Shown: positions 48,941 to 62,500 of the stretch, piece by piece
Layout: each line of letters starts with the position of its first letter
Position numbering within the stretch: position 1 is the first letter of the stretch
NCBI RefSeq assembly: GCF_964355755.1
Contig: NC_092671.1
Coordinates: forward strand, 620,001-684,000
Length of the DNA: 64,000 nt
Direction: 5' to 3'
DNA from: Antedon mediterranea
Taxonomy: Eukaryota; Animalia; Echinodermata
The notes under the pieces: generated by a model
What the model was told of the DNA's origin: nothing
Seen by the model: only the letters and a program-made list of their open reading frames with translations
Databases searched by the model: none
Made by a program: the position numbers and the translations under genes

Positions 48941-49688
48941 TTTCAGAATAATGTCAAAGTCAAATTATGTGTTGACGCAGTTTTTACAATTAAATAGATC
49001 TAGGCTTTGTAGAAGGATCATTTTTTAAACTAAGTCAGGATAAAATAGACAGAAATTAATTTATGCTTATATTTTATTATGATAGGCTGATTTTGTATCT
49101 CTGATTGTTCTTTTATTCTTTATAGTCTTCAATTCCAGGAAATGATCATCTCACCTCCATGATCTCACACATACTATGATGACTCTTTTGGTTTTGGCTA
49201 TGTCACCATGATATCACATATTTGGAGAAGGACGTAGAAAACACCACAGATAAAAATATAAATGACAATACTTTTTGACAATTCATTCAATAGATAATTA
49301 GTTATAATTATAGTATGGACAAAACAATGAATGCATTGACTAGCAGAAAAATGTTAACTATTTAGATAAGACTTTGAATTGTAGTTTTCAGTTGATTAAT
49401 ATTTTTTTTTTAGGCGTAGTGAAATGAAAAAGGAGAATTTAAAACAAAAATGAATGATAAATGATGGTCAGTGGTGGCATGCAAGATTTTAAAGGTCGGC
49501 CCAAAAAAAATGAAGTGGTGATGCCTTACCAGCAAGGGGCAACTTGGGTGGGCTGTATACGCGTACCATTTCAGTCATAGGAAAAATGTCTTACCTACGT
49601 CAGTATTACACTTCAGTATATAAGTTTGCGTGGAGGAGACGAATCTCTGCAATTCACAACAGGATTTTTTGCAGTTCTTGACCATAAC

Positions 49689-51988
49689 CATGGAGTAAAG
49701 AATAAGAGGAGGCACAACTCGGCCTAGCTATCCAGTTAATCCAATTAGTATCACGCTGTGCGGTAGTGCTTAAGCATAGGGTAATAAACTTCCCATAACG
49801 ATCCTTTGAAGAACATCCTGTTTACCCGTGCAGCTCGCTGCAGAGTCGGCTCTGATTACGTAACACCCTAATTAAGGAAGAAGCCAGGCATGACATCGGT
49901 GACAAAAAAAGTAAACAGAGGCTGCGCAGTAGTTTCTAATACATCATAGTGAAGCATGACCTTTGTGCAGTTGTTCATTGTTCTTTGAGCTTTTTTCTCG
50001 AAAAAACCGTTTAAAAATCGAGTAAATTTTCACGGAGATATCGCAGTTTTTATACCAGCTAACAAATTAATCATATTTTTTATCAAGCCATAGACGTATC
50101 ATTTGGTAAATCGAAATTTTACCGTTTAAGCAACTTTTTAATTTACGAACCCTAGTGCATTTTGTAGCATATTAAAGACTCCAACTTATTTTAAAATCAC
50201 ATTTTAGTGCGCGCAAATGCGCGCATGAAAAAAATTATATAATTTGTTCTCATGAATATTCAAAAATATACGTATAGTAGAATTCCAACGACACAATTTC
50301 TTATTTTTATTACTGTATATGACATTTAATTTATGTTTCAGTCTATATTATGACTGTTTAGCAAAACTAACATTCTTCTATTTTAGTCTGATATTGTATA
50401 ATTAAATTATTTATGATATTAATATCATAAAATATATGATTTTTACGATCACATACTTAGAGTTCAGTGAACTTGTAGGACTTAAATTATATATCGTTTA
50501 ACGATTTGTGGCTACACATAGGCCTAGTAGTTCGTAATATATTATTATTTAATAAATAGCCTAAATAAGGATAATATTTAATCCCATAATGATGGACATA
50601 TTCAGTGCATACCGTAACCGGTAGGCCTAATAGGTTCAGGCATAGGCGCGCCTATAGTAACAATAAACAATATCAATAATAATAATAGGTTTTTTTTTAT
50701 GTAGGTCTATATTAATATATTAATAATTGTAATAACGTTAGAAAACAAATAGTAGTAATATTCTATTAAAGAAGAAATTAATCAATTAGTTTTAGTTTTC
50801 GGTTGGTCGTTCTTATAATATTATATAATATGGTATAAAATGGTACGGTACTACGAGAATATTCGTTTAGTATCAACCCGTAACAACAACTACAAATGAT
50901 ATGTGTTGGTTAAAAATTCAATTACAAATATAGTCTATGCTCTTTTGTAATTATAAGCCATTGTTTAAAAGGATTATGTACAGTTCGGTACATAGCGGTT
51001 AATCGTAAAATTAAAAAATCGGACATACGAACAATAGATCGCCAACATTATTCGTACCCTTTTGCTGTATTGCGTACGTCGATCACGACTGATGCGGCTG
51101 TAAACTTCGCCTGGAAAGTAACTAGTACAGTACACATTCTGGTCCCTGGATGGAACATGATATCACACGTAAACCGCAATGGAGCAGGTCCAATGTTAAA
51201 CAATTCGTACAAAGGGGAACCGCCAGACAAGTGCGTACCTATTCATTGTTTATTAGATCGCTGGCAATAATGCATGCAAAGTGCAATAGCTCTCTGCTCC
51301 ACCAAGCAACGTACAGTACTAAAAAAAATGGAACGTCGCGGTTTTTCTAGGCGCTGAAGTTATACGAAGTGAACGCGAATGATTTTTACTGTATATTATA
51401 TTCCCCGACGAAAAGTACTCGCGTTTCCCAGACGGGGAAGAGGGGGGGGGGGGGAGACGACGAGGGGATACAGCCCCCGTAACCCCCCGCTGGCACCACC
51501 ACTGGTCCTTATTAAACCCATTTATTCATCATGATTCATGATAAGTTGTCTGGAGAAATTACCAACATTTAGTACACAGTAAACCATATAAATATAATTC
51601 CTTTATTGGTGCCGTATAAAACTCGTATTATTAATTTATTAATAAAAGATATCCAGTAGAATATATATATAGCGCTGCTTTTTAATAAAAATTAATAAAC
51701 AAGGTCGGAATACAAGTTCAGTAGGTCTACAAACAGTATATAGTACACCTTTCACGCTTGAACGCACATCGCCTAGCAAGAGTATTGTGACGTCCTAATA
51801 CGCATGTGTACTAACACCAAAATTGACCGCGGGCAGTAAACATTGTACTCTTTGCTAATTGGGTTACGTAACGGCAGTGTTTAGCACCTCCTTAAATACT
51901 CATTACAAGCATAGCCTTAAGCAAGCGGTAAACACGATGAACTGACTGAACTATTCAAGTTGTGTCTCCTCTTATTCTTTACTCCATG
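49689..51988. mobile_element. Non-autonomous P-superfamily-like DNA transposon (2300 bp)
   Basis: ~31-bp TIRs catggagtaaagaataagaggaggcacaact / agttgtgtctcctcttattctttactccatg with a 7-bp TSD ccataac (49682-49688 and 51989-51995). No transposase ORF. Confidence 0.85.
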
Positions 51989-52232
51989 CCATAACCTTGG
52001 TTTGGCAGTTTTTGGTAGTTTTATAGTTTTATTTATATTAAAATCACATACCACCTGCCATTGATTTTAAATAATCTAAGTCGACACTGTTTCATATACA
52101 AATATTGTATTATCAATTGATTGTTGCATTATACATGATTTTGTTAAGATAGAAAAATACATTTTAATACGAACACTGCAAATTATATTGTTCTAAATAC
52201 AGGTGGAATAAAAAGATGAATTTTTAGATTAA

Positions 52233-52420
52233 AATTAGCATATACAGGTACGTCATACATTGTAATTAGCATATACAGGTACGTCATACATTGTAATTAG
52301 CATATACAGGTACGTCATACATTGTAATTAGCATATACAGGTATGTCATACATTGTAATTAGCATATACAGGTACGTCATACATTGTAATTAGCATATAC
52401 AGGTACGTCATACATTGTAA
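52233..52420. repeat. 31-bp minisatellite x6
   Basis: Unit aattagcatatacaggtacgtcatacattgt. Confidence 0.95.
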
Positions 52421-52616
52421 AAAAATAATGTGGAAGTATTTTTATATCATATTTATAGCAGCACTATAATAAGGTTTGGAATTAAAGATTTATATTTACA
52501 GTTAAGACAATAACATCTATAAATACACAAAATTAGTTGTAAATTTCCTTAAGCTTACTTTATATTATAAAAACAGGTTAGTACATGGTTATGGATATAG
52601 TCTACTTTAATTCTAC

Positions 52617-52647
52617 CATGGAGAAATAACTAACTTATTTCTCCACG
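52617..52647. mobile_element. P-like transposon excision footprint or mini-element (31 bp)
   Basis: attctac|catggagaaataa-ctaac-ttatttctccacg|attctac: inverted CATGGAG-type ends between a 7-bp TSD. Confidence 0.7.
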
Positions 52648-53500
52648 ATTCTACTTATAATGAAATACACACTGTTTTTTAATACCACTTAATTGTAACC
52701 TTGCATGATTTTTAGTCTTTATAAAGCAATGACAATACAGGTATTCAAAAGTTAAAGTTAACAATTAGTACAAAGGTATTATAACTCCCTGGTCTACACA
52801 TTAATGACAAATAACAAACAATTAATTGGAATCAGTATAATAGCTACGTACAAAAGAGTACATACATGGTTTTATAAAGAAAGATGGAGCTGATAAAAAC
52901 ATTTGAAAAGTAGACGTAATAATAATAAAAAGGAGAAGAAAACTGCACACCTGTGCTATATTCAAATTTGAATGACAAAATAAATATACATGAAAAATTT
53001 GAATTGGATAAGGAAATGTTAATGGAATTAAGAAAAAGTGGGATACACAATATGATTGTAACCACAGTAGCCATAGCACTACATTAGTAGTAATAATAGT
53101 AGACAGCATTTCATCTGAAATGGTTATTATTTAAACCCAGCACCAAAGAGAAACAGTACCAGAGAAATATCCAAACTTCTCCTTCTGGCTAATATCAAAC
53201 ATAATCACCCTGAACAATTCCACAACATTTAATTAAAAACACAAATCCATTTTATAGCAATATACTGTACATATCCTAAACTATCATTATCAATATAAAA
53301 TTATTACTATATTGTACAGCGGCATAATCACTTATTATGATTTTAAAACCAAACTTGGTTATTATAAAACATACAATTATGAAATAATGAAAATGATATA
53401 TAATTAATTTCACAAAATTTATGAATTGTTGAATTTATTGACAAATAAATTTAATAATTTCTGCTTATTCATTACTAAAATATTGACAAATTTGTGGTTT

Positions 53501-56500
53501 TTATTTGAGGTATGCACGTAGGAAATCATTGTAAGAAATCCTGCCCTCCAAATTTTTATCGTAGTACGTCATCAAATGGAAGAACTCGTCCTCACTAAGG
53601 TTCACCATGAATTGACGCAAGACGTCCCTAAACTGATTTGTAGTGATGTAACCCTCAGCTTTTTCATCCAAACCACGGAACACTCGTCGCATCCTTTTCC
53701 AGTCTTGTACAACTCGTTCTCCAACACGGAGCATTAGATCGAGCATGTCACTACTTGCTGTACCAGGCGTCATCTGTAATTAAATTAATAATAGCAATGC
53801 TCATAATATCAACGACGATAATAACAAAATAGGCAACTGTAGGAACAATTATGAATGATATTGGATGGACAATATTAAATGGATGAATAACATTAAATGG
53901 ATGGATAATATTGGATGAATAATATTGAATGGATAAATGGATGGAAAACATTAGATGGATGAACAGAAGGATGAATGAATGACAACAACTGTATAAATGA
54001 ACAGAAAGGAAAACCTTGCAATGTTTACTTACTGGAAGACGAGATTTGTGGATTCGTTGGCGAGAAGTCAAATTCCTATCTCCACTTGCATTTGTAGATG
54101 GGTTCATGTTCAGGACAAAATTTCTCAAGAAGGAATTATAACTAAATCTGAAATGTGATTAAAATAATGGATATAAAAATATAATCGCTGTTATTTCAGT
54201 ATATAAAAACTTTATAATTACTTTATCTTTAAGAAAATGAACAAATAAAGTAGTAATAATATAGAATCATAATGGCTTGCTTCACTTTTTTCGGAGTTTG
54301 TTTTATATCATAATATCATATCTATATTATTATTGCATGACCAAATAAAAGATGACCACAAAATGTTGATGGTAAATAAAAATAATGAAAATAAAAATAA
54401 ATATTTCAATTTTGACTCTCCTATTTCACTAATCAACATATGCGATACAATCTTGTTTGTTCAAAATGCAATTATCACAAAATGTATAATATAACAACCA
54501 CTTACTTTCCATTTTCTTTTATGTCATATTTTGCCATAAGATCTCTGAAATCGTCTGATGATATTACCAAGTTCAAGTCTTCAATAATTTCTAAAATTTT
54601 GAAAGTTACATCAATTGTATTAACAAATGTGCATGGATTTGCGGCTAATATATTGTTGTGGTTCTGGCATACACATTCACTAATGTACTAGTAGTAAACT
54701 GTTATTGATACGTAGTATCTCAGTGTACTGCTATACCCATCCTTTGTAGTGGATTAATGTGCATGCATTGACATGGTATGACTATATAGTCCAACTACCA
54801 AATGTATCTATCTTTTTTCTTTGCATTATAATATATATATACTGTTTACAAAAAAACATTAATAAAAGATTTAAAGTTTCTTTGCATTAGTATTTGGTAA
54901 TCAAATTAATATAAAATAGAAAATGGAAAATTACTTAAAACATACTATTAGTGTAATTAGATTTGTTACCTTTAAAATCATAAATATCAATAAATCCTGT
55001 ATCATCCAGGTCCTTAGAGCGGCACTGACTTCTAATTCTCTGCCAGTATTTAAATATCTTATGTTTCAGTTTATGTTCAATGTTTTCTGCATTTACCATT
55101 GGTGTAACTGTTCCTGCTCTGCTAGACAATGAGCTCTGTGACTGTAAATAAAAGAACAAAATGTAAATTGTTACTAAGTTAATTTTTATGTAAATATTTA
55201 AAGTTTGTGGCAGTGTTCTATCCCCTGTTGCTACAGATTCAACTTAAATTTCAAAATCTCTAACGATAAAGCTAATATACATTGGTTTGTGTAAAGCTGT
55301 AGCTTGGTTGACATGCTTGCCTTCCAATCTTAAGGTACAATCTTTACCTAGTGCCAGGGTATCCCACAACTCTTTTTAAACCTCACTCCCCAGCTTCAAA
55401 TGAGACTTAGTTTATAAGCATGATGAATTATAAAATAGCGTATCCATCCTGTAATTCATTGGCGAGTAGCTTGCTGTTAGATTAGATAAATTTTTAAATG
55501 TTGTACAATTACATTGTATGAACTAGAATGTGTCAACAAACATACCTGTCTACTGTAGAGTCTTCTAGTTGGCAGATTAAACCCATTATCTAGAGGATGC
55601 AACACGTCATCTAACTCTTCAGATATTTCCAATTCAGAATAATCCCTAACAAACTTTCGGTAATTCATGTTTCCAAATTCATTTACTTCAACTGTACTCC
55701 AGAGAAGATCAAACTGAAATTAATATCAACAAGTTTTAAATAAAATGTTCACTTGATCAACTCACCGACTTTGTACATATTTTATGTAGAGCTTTATGTA
55801 CTTCAATCAAACTATTATGTATTTACTCCAAAAAAAAGGAAAAAAGGAGGAGGATGAAGGCATACATGCACCAACTATCATTCGATCAAATATGGACTGT
55901 ACTCCAAGACGATACCATTAAACAATCATGTTGTGATATTTGTCAATATAACATCAGCATAGCAACAGAAGAAGTCACGCTGAGTAGCTCAACAAAACTG
56001 TCTTGAGACCTAAGTTCATATTGGTTTATTTGTTAATGACCTATTTACGGATTGTTCATCTAAAGCTCTGTCTACACTATCAAAATAGTATGATGTGTTC
56101 CCGAATATGGTAGTAATACAGTATGCCCAAATATGGTAGTGATATGATGTCATCATGTCCATATATGGGCACATCACATTTTGTTTGATAGTGTAGGCAG
56201 AGCTTTATAAACAATAAATATTAGTTCAAAAGTCTTCTTGACATGACAATTAAATATTGACCTTTTGACCTACCTGTGAATCATTGAGTCTAAATGCAAG
56301 TTCGTTAATAACATTTTTGAAGTCGTCCCTGGTGACCACTCCAATGTTAGCATAGTCTAAGCTAGTGAAACGTTCCATAAACATGTCTTGGCGACCTGCA
56401 ACAGCTTCCTTCAGTTCTCTCTGAATATCAAGCAGGTTGATTTCTTGAGGGGACAACGTTTTTTTCTTTTCTTGTTTTTGCAATGATTCAAACCAATTCT

Positions 56501-59500
56501 GTGCAAGCTGAAAAAACAATCATTAAAATATGTAAGAATGGGTAAGATTTAGAAAAATACAAATAGATGAAGATGAAATTAAATGATAGACTTAAAACCC
56601 ACATGACCCTTATTTAAAGATGGGTGAAGGTGAACTTTCTATTTTAGTGGTGGAGTCAGGGAGTGGCAATAAAAGGCACAACACAAGTGACTTGACCAAT
56701 CAAAAGTGACAGTTTTGACGATCCATCTCATCATGATTGGCTAAATTACTTGCGATAAGTGGGATCCAAGCTTAACTTACTTACAGTAACATACTGGTAC
56801 CAAATATGGTACAAATCAAAACATCATTAGTAAAAGATAGCTTCCTATAAAAACTTTAACTTACATCTTGTTCACTAGTATTAAAGTCTTCCAGAAAAGC
56901 TTGATAGTTGATGGTGAGATCTTGATTCACTTTGAGCTGGGCCATCAAAGCTTTGAATTGTTTATTAGTCAGTTTGAAACAAAAATTATCAAGAATTCGA
57001 CGGAATTGGGAGGCATCAACCCGCCCTCGCTTTTCACGATCAAATGCACCAAATGCCTGAAAAAACAAGTCATATAGTTGAATTATTTATGATAATACGG
57101 GAAGTACTTTAAATTAAGATAATTTTAGGAATTTTAGCAATGTCCAAAACCTTCTGATAGAAGTAAACAATTAATCCAATGTTATTATGTTTTAAATTTG
57201 ATTTGATTTAATCTGATTTTGATTCAAAGTAAATTTGATCAGATGAGAATTGTTCATACAAAGCAAATTGCTAAATAAATGTTGAAATAGTTACTCACAG
57301 CCATCAAGACACCTAGATTCTCCATAACCATTAACTTGATCTTTTTGACAGCTTTATCTGGTGGAAGTTGGGAGAAGGTTTCTGGTCGGACCACTGGATG
57401 ATTCTTCTGTCGGAATTTCAATTCCCGACCCTCATCAAAAGCATCCAAGAATTCGGTGTAGTTTAACATATTGCTGCCTGACATCAATCCAATTCTACAA
57501 AAAAGCATAAAAACCTCTAAATAAAAAGTAAATGAAAAAGAGGAATAAAATAAAATGTTGTGTTATAAAGTACCATAGTTGTTTCTATGTGTTATAGAGT
57601 AAAATGTTGTGTTATAAAGTGCCATAGTTGTTACTATGTGTTATGGAGTAAAATGTTGTGTTATAAAGTACCATAGTTGTTTCTATGTGTTATAGAGTAA
57701 AATGTTGTGTTATAAAGTACCATAGTTGTTTCTATGTGTTATAGAGTAAAATGTTGTGTTATAAAGTACCATAGTTGTTTCTATGTGTTATAGAGTAAAA
57801 TGTTGTGTTATAAAGTACCATAGTTGTTTCTATGTGTTATAGAGTAAAATGTTGTGTTATAAAGTACCATAGTTGTTTCTATGTGTTATAGAGTAAAATG
57901 TTGTGTTATAAAGTACCATAGTTGTTTCTATGTGTTATAGAGTAAAATGTTGTGTTATAAAGTACCATAGTTGTTTCTATGTGTTATAGAGTAAAATGTT
58001 GTGTTATAAAGTACCATAGTTGTTTCTATGTGTTATAGAGTAAAATGTTGTGTTATAAAGTACCATAGTTGTTTCTATGTGTTATAGAGTAAAATGTTGT
58101 GTTATAAAGTACCATAGTTGTTTCTATGTGTTATAGAGTAAAATGTTGTGTTATAAAGTACCATAGTTGTTTCTATGTGTTATAGAGTAAAATGTTGTGT
58201 TATAAAGTACCATAGTTGTTTCTATGTGTTATAGAGTAAAATGTTGTGTTATAAAGTACCATAGTTGTTTCTATGTGTTATAGAGTAAAATGTTGTGTTA
58301 TAAAGTACCATAGTTGTTTCTATGTGTTATAGAGTAAAATGTTGTGTTATAAAGTACCATAGTTGTTTCTATGTGTTATAGAGTAAAATGTTGTGTTATA
58401 AAGTGCCATAGTTGTTTCTATGTGTTATAGAGTAAAATGTTGTGTTATAGAGTGCCATAGTTGTTTCTATGTGTTATAGAGTAAAATGTTGTGTTATAAA
58501 GTGCCATAGTTGTTTCTATGTGTTATAGAGTAAAATGTTGTGTTATAAAGTGCCATAGTTGTTTCTATGTGTTATAGAATAAAATGTTGTGTTATAAAGT
58601 ACCATAGTTGTTTCTATGTGTTATAGAGTAAAATGTTGTGTTATAAAGTGCCATAGTTGTTACTATGTGTTATAGAGTAAAATGTTGTGTTATAAAGTAC
58701 CATAGTTGTTTCTATGTGTTATAGAGTAAAATGTTGTGTTATAAAGTACCATAGTTGTTTCTATGTGTTATAGAGTAAAATGTTGTGTTATAAAGTGCCA
58801 TAGTTGTTACTATGTGTTATAGAGTAAAATGTTGTGTTATAAAGTACCATAGTTGTTTCTATGTGTTATAGAGTAAAATGTTGTGTTATAAAGTACCATA
58901 GTTGTTTCTATGTGTTATAGAGTAAAATGTTGTGTTATAAAGTACCATAGTTGTTACTATGTGTTAAAGAGTAAAATGTTGTGTTATAAAGTACCATAGT
59001 TGTTTCTATGTGTTATAGAGTAAAATGTTGTGTTATAAAATACCATAGTTGTTTCTATGTGTTATAGAGTGCCATAGTTGTTTCTATGTGTTATTATTAT
59101 AGAGTTCTGAAACTTGAGAAACTTTTCATTGGAACATTATTATTTTTAATAGAGTGACATTTTCTATTGTGAGAAACTTTTAATTTGTTATTGTTAGAAC
59201 TTAGAGGTTATTTCAATTCAAAAAGACATTTATTTTCGTCCAACAAACAATAAGAAAAAGATAGTAATGGATGAAGGCAGACTCTTAATAAGATAAAAAT
59301 CTTGTGGTGGGATTTCCCAAGACAAGTTGATATCGTAACAATAAAACAAATCAATAAATAAACAACGAGAACAATTTGTATATAAAATTACCTCTGCAAA
59401 AACTCCATCAGAATGCCATCAGTGACTAAATAGTTATGTTCAAGAAGCACCTTCTGAAGATCTTTGATGGAGATCTTCCCAGTGTTGCCAGTGTCAATGG

Positions 59501-62500
59501 CATTGAAGGCTTCTTGGAAGGAGCTGTAACAATCTCTAAAACGGTCTTTTAAGCCTTGCTCTAGCTGGTCAGCAGAGATAAATGTTGCATTCTGAGCCTG
59601 GTTTAGCGTGATATTCATTCTGAAATTAAGAATTTACAACGTAATTAATAGTTGGTTTAAAAGTATAAGGCAATGAAAATGAGTAAAAACCAAACTAGTA
59701 CTTTCTACTGAGTAAATTATAGGTGGGTAGGGTAAAGGTGGGTTGGATCGGTGCGCTTTGGGGTTTATAATCAATCTAAAGCTCTGTCTACACTATCAAA
59801 ATAGTTTGAAAAAAAAAAAAAGATGTGCCCAAATATGGTAGTGATATGCTTAAATATGGTAGTGATATGACATCTATATATGGGCACATCACATTTTTTT
59901 GTCACTTTCACCATAATTAACTGCAGTAATAATTGCAGTTGAAGTCCTCAAATGTTTAAATAAGATTGCCATAAAAACATACTGCTTTTGCTGCTGGTCA
60001 TCATGATGTAGTTCTAGATTTGCCTGAGAGTTGTCTACAATTCTCTTGCTGACACCCTCACTGTCTCCAGGAGCAAATGCTTGTCCCATCATCTTTAGGA
60101 AGTATTGGTGATCAATATAGCCTTTGTCTTGAGGATCATACCTAAAGTTGAGAAAGTTACATGCATAATTTTCAATTTGGTGGGCATCCAAATTTTACAC
60201 TAGTCAGAGGGGAGACTATACATTGTTTGATGCACCCTAGGTAAACTGTAATATCAAGAATGTAATATCATGTTTATCACATAATTCTGAAAGATGAAAA
60301 TGTTCACCAAAACAATCTTTGATCGGTATTTATTAAATGATACAATGTTAAATCAATGTACCGGTGGTTAGAGGAGTGTTGTATTTCTACACCAGACCCA
60401 TTCACACGTGGATCTTCAAACAGCTCTATGAAGTATGTATAACTTAAATGATACAATGGAATACAAATTACCACCAAATTATCACCAACAAAATAAAGTA
60501 ATTCTAACCTCTTCCAAAGACGACTAAATTCATCCTTGGTCATGGTTATCATGAAAGTGTAGAGAAGGTCGCGGAGTTCTTTCCGTGTGATAACACCGTT
60601 GCTGTTCTTATCGATTGATCTGAAAGCCTTTGCCAAATCATGATATTGTCTCTCTGCTTTAGCCACCAGGATCTGGTGTACCTCTTCCGCTATTAACTTG
60701 GCTGGGGCTAGAGTTTGGTTATATCTGGAATCAAAGTAAAATATTTGATTTTTAATAATAAAAACTATAAAATATTCAGCCTATTTTTTTATGATCCTGT
60801 ACTCCTTTTTATATCTCCAATTATAAATAGTTTTCTCTTCTTTCTGGCTGTTTTACTATAATTTTTTGATTTGATCTCCATAAAACTGATACTCACAACA
60901 TTGTCTATTTTTTGTTTGGTTGTTGCATATTTCAAATAGGATTTAATTGTTTTATAGAGTTTTTTCAACTTCAATCAAAGTATTTTATGATTGCAATGAA
61001 TAAATAAATTCAGCCTACACGAATGATGTAATCATTAAGCAGCAACAAAAGCCCAATTTCCCTCCTTACCTGTGGTCCGAATCCAGCCATTTGTGACCCT
61101 CTTCTGTGTCCACAAGTTCAAACTTATCTAAGAACTGACGGTAGTTGAGTTTAGTTCGTCTACTAATACCAATTTGTGACATGAGGGATACAAATTCTTG
61201 ATCAGAAATGACAAACATCATGGTACCCATTATTCGGTTGAAATCATCACGACCTATCAATCCGTCATGATCGTCATCCAGTTTGTAAAAAGCGTCTCTT
61301 AAACTCTGTAAAGTAAACAATATTATTTGTTTTTTTTAACAATACAGTGTACAAGAAAAGCAAACATAGAATTTAAAAACATCAACATCTAGTCATTGAT
61401 TGAATTAGAATTTACTTTACTAATTACTTTCTCTACTAACTAAAAATATGTAATAGCTTGTTACCTACCCCATAAGTTTCTCTAAGCTTACTGAGAAGCT
61501 TAGCTCCAACTTGATCTGCTGTCATTTTTTGTATTGGTAAATCAATGTACCGGTGGTTTGAGGAGTGTTGTATTTCTACACCAGGCCCATTCACACGTGG
61601 ATCTTCAAACAGCTCTATGAAGTCTGTATAACTTAGAGGCGTTTTGGAAATACCAAGGCGGTCACAGAGAATTTGAAACTGATCATCTAACATATACATT
61701 CCAAAACTCTCCAACACCTACAATAAAATGACAAAACATACTATACTGTAAAGAGATTGTTTCTAATGTCTGAAGCAATATTTTTAATTTAACATCTAAG
61801 CACAACATCAATTTATAGTCAAGATTTAAAAAAAACAGACCTCTCTGAGTTCCTTTTTGTGTAGTTTTCCTTTTTTGTTTTTACAGTATCTTAAAAAGTT
61901 CTGCCGTATATGTGAAGATTTCTGTGACATCCGATCTTTCAACTTTATGATGACGGTATCAGCTGACATCTGGTTGGTCTGATTGAGGGCGTTTACTTGG
62001 ACTTGATAAAGACGCATATCTAAGTCAGCTTGTCTTTGCTGTTCATTGAGGTCACTGAGAACATGAATTTGTGTACTGGTGCCAACGACATCTCCTGGGG
62101 AGACATCAACGTCGAGTGCGTCTAAGAACTGTGCTAACAGGATTTTACCATCACTTCCCTCCTCACAACGGTTCCATAAACTGTAACAATGGTTTATGTC
62201 AAAATATGTATCTTAAATAATGTGAAAAATAATGAAACATGAAAGCAACAGCAATTACATGCAACATTTTGTCAAATTCAAGTGAACTTATTTATTCAGT
62301 CAGGGGGAAAATAGCAAAAATATTCCTACTTTCTAGGAGTTTTATCAGATAATCTATATTATTTTGACAACTCTTGTAACATGACCACAGTGCTGATATT
62401 GCCATTTTCCCCTAAATGTATTAGGGTAGAATAAATACTTTAGAATACGATATATCAATTATTTTAATGATTTTTTGTTGTATTCTTTAGAACATTGTAT

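Noticed and set aside
49469-51503. hAT element bounded by cagtggtgg ... ccaccactg
   Set aside because: No 8-bp TSD, and the ends interleave with the P-like element rather than nest. They are probably unrelated fragments.
55290-55490. tRNA gene or tRNA-derived SINE
   Set aside because: Only a weak A-box-like start (gtagcttggttgaca), with no cloverleaf or B box. At best a very decayed SINE.
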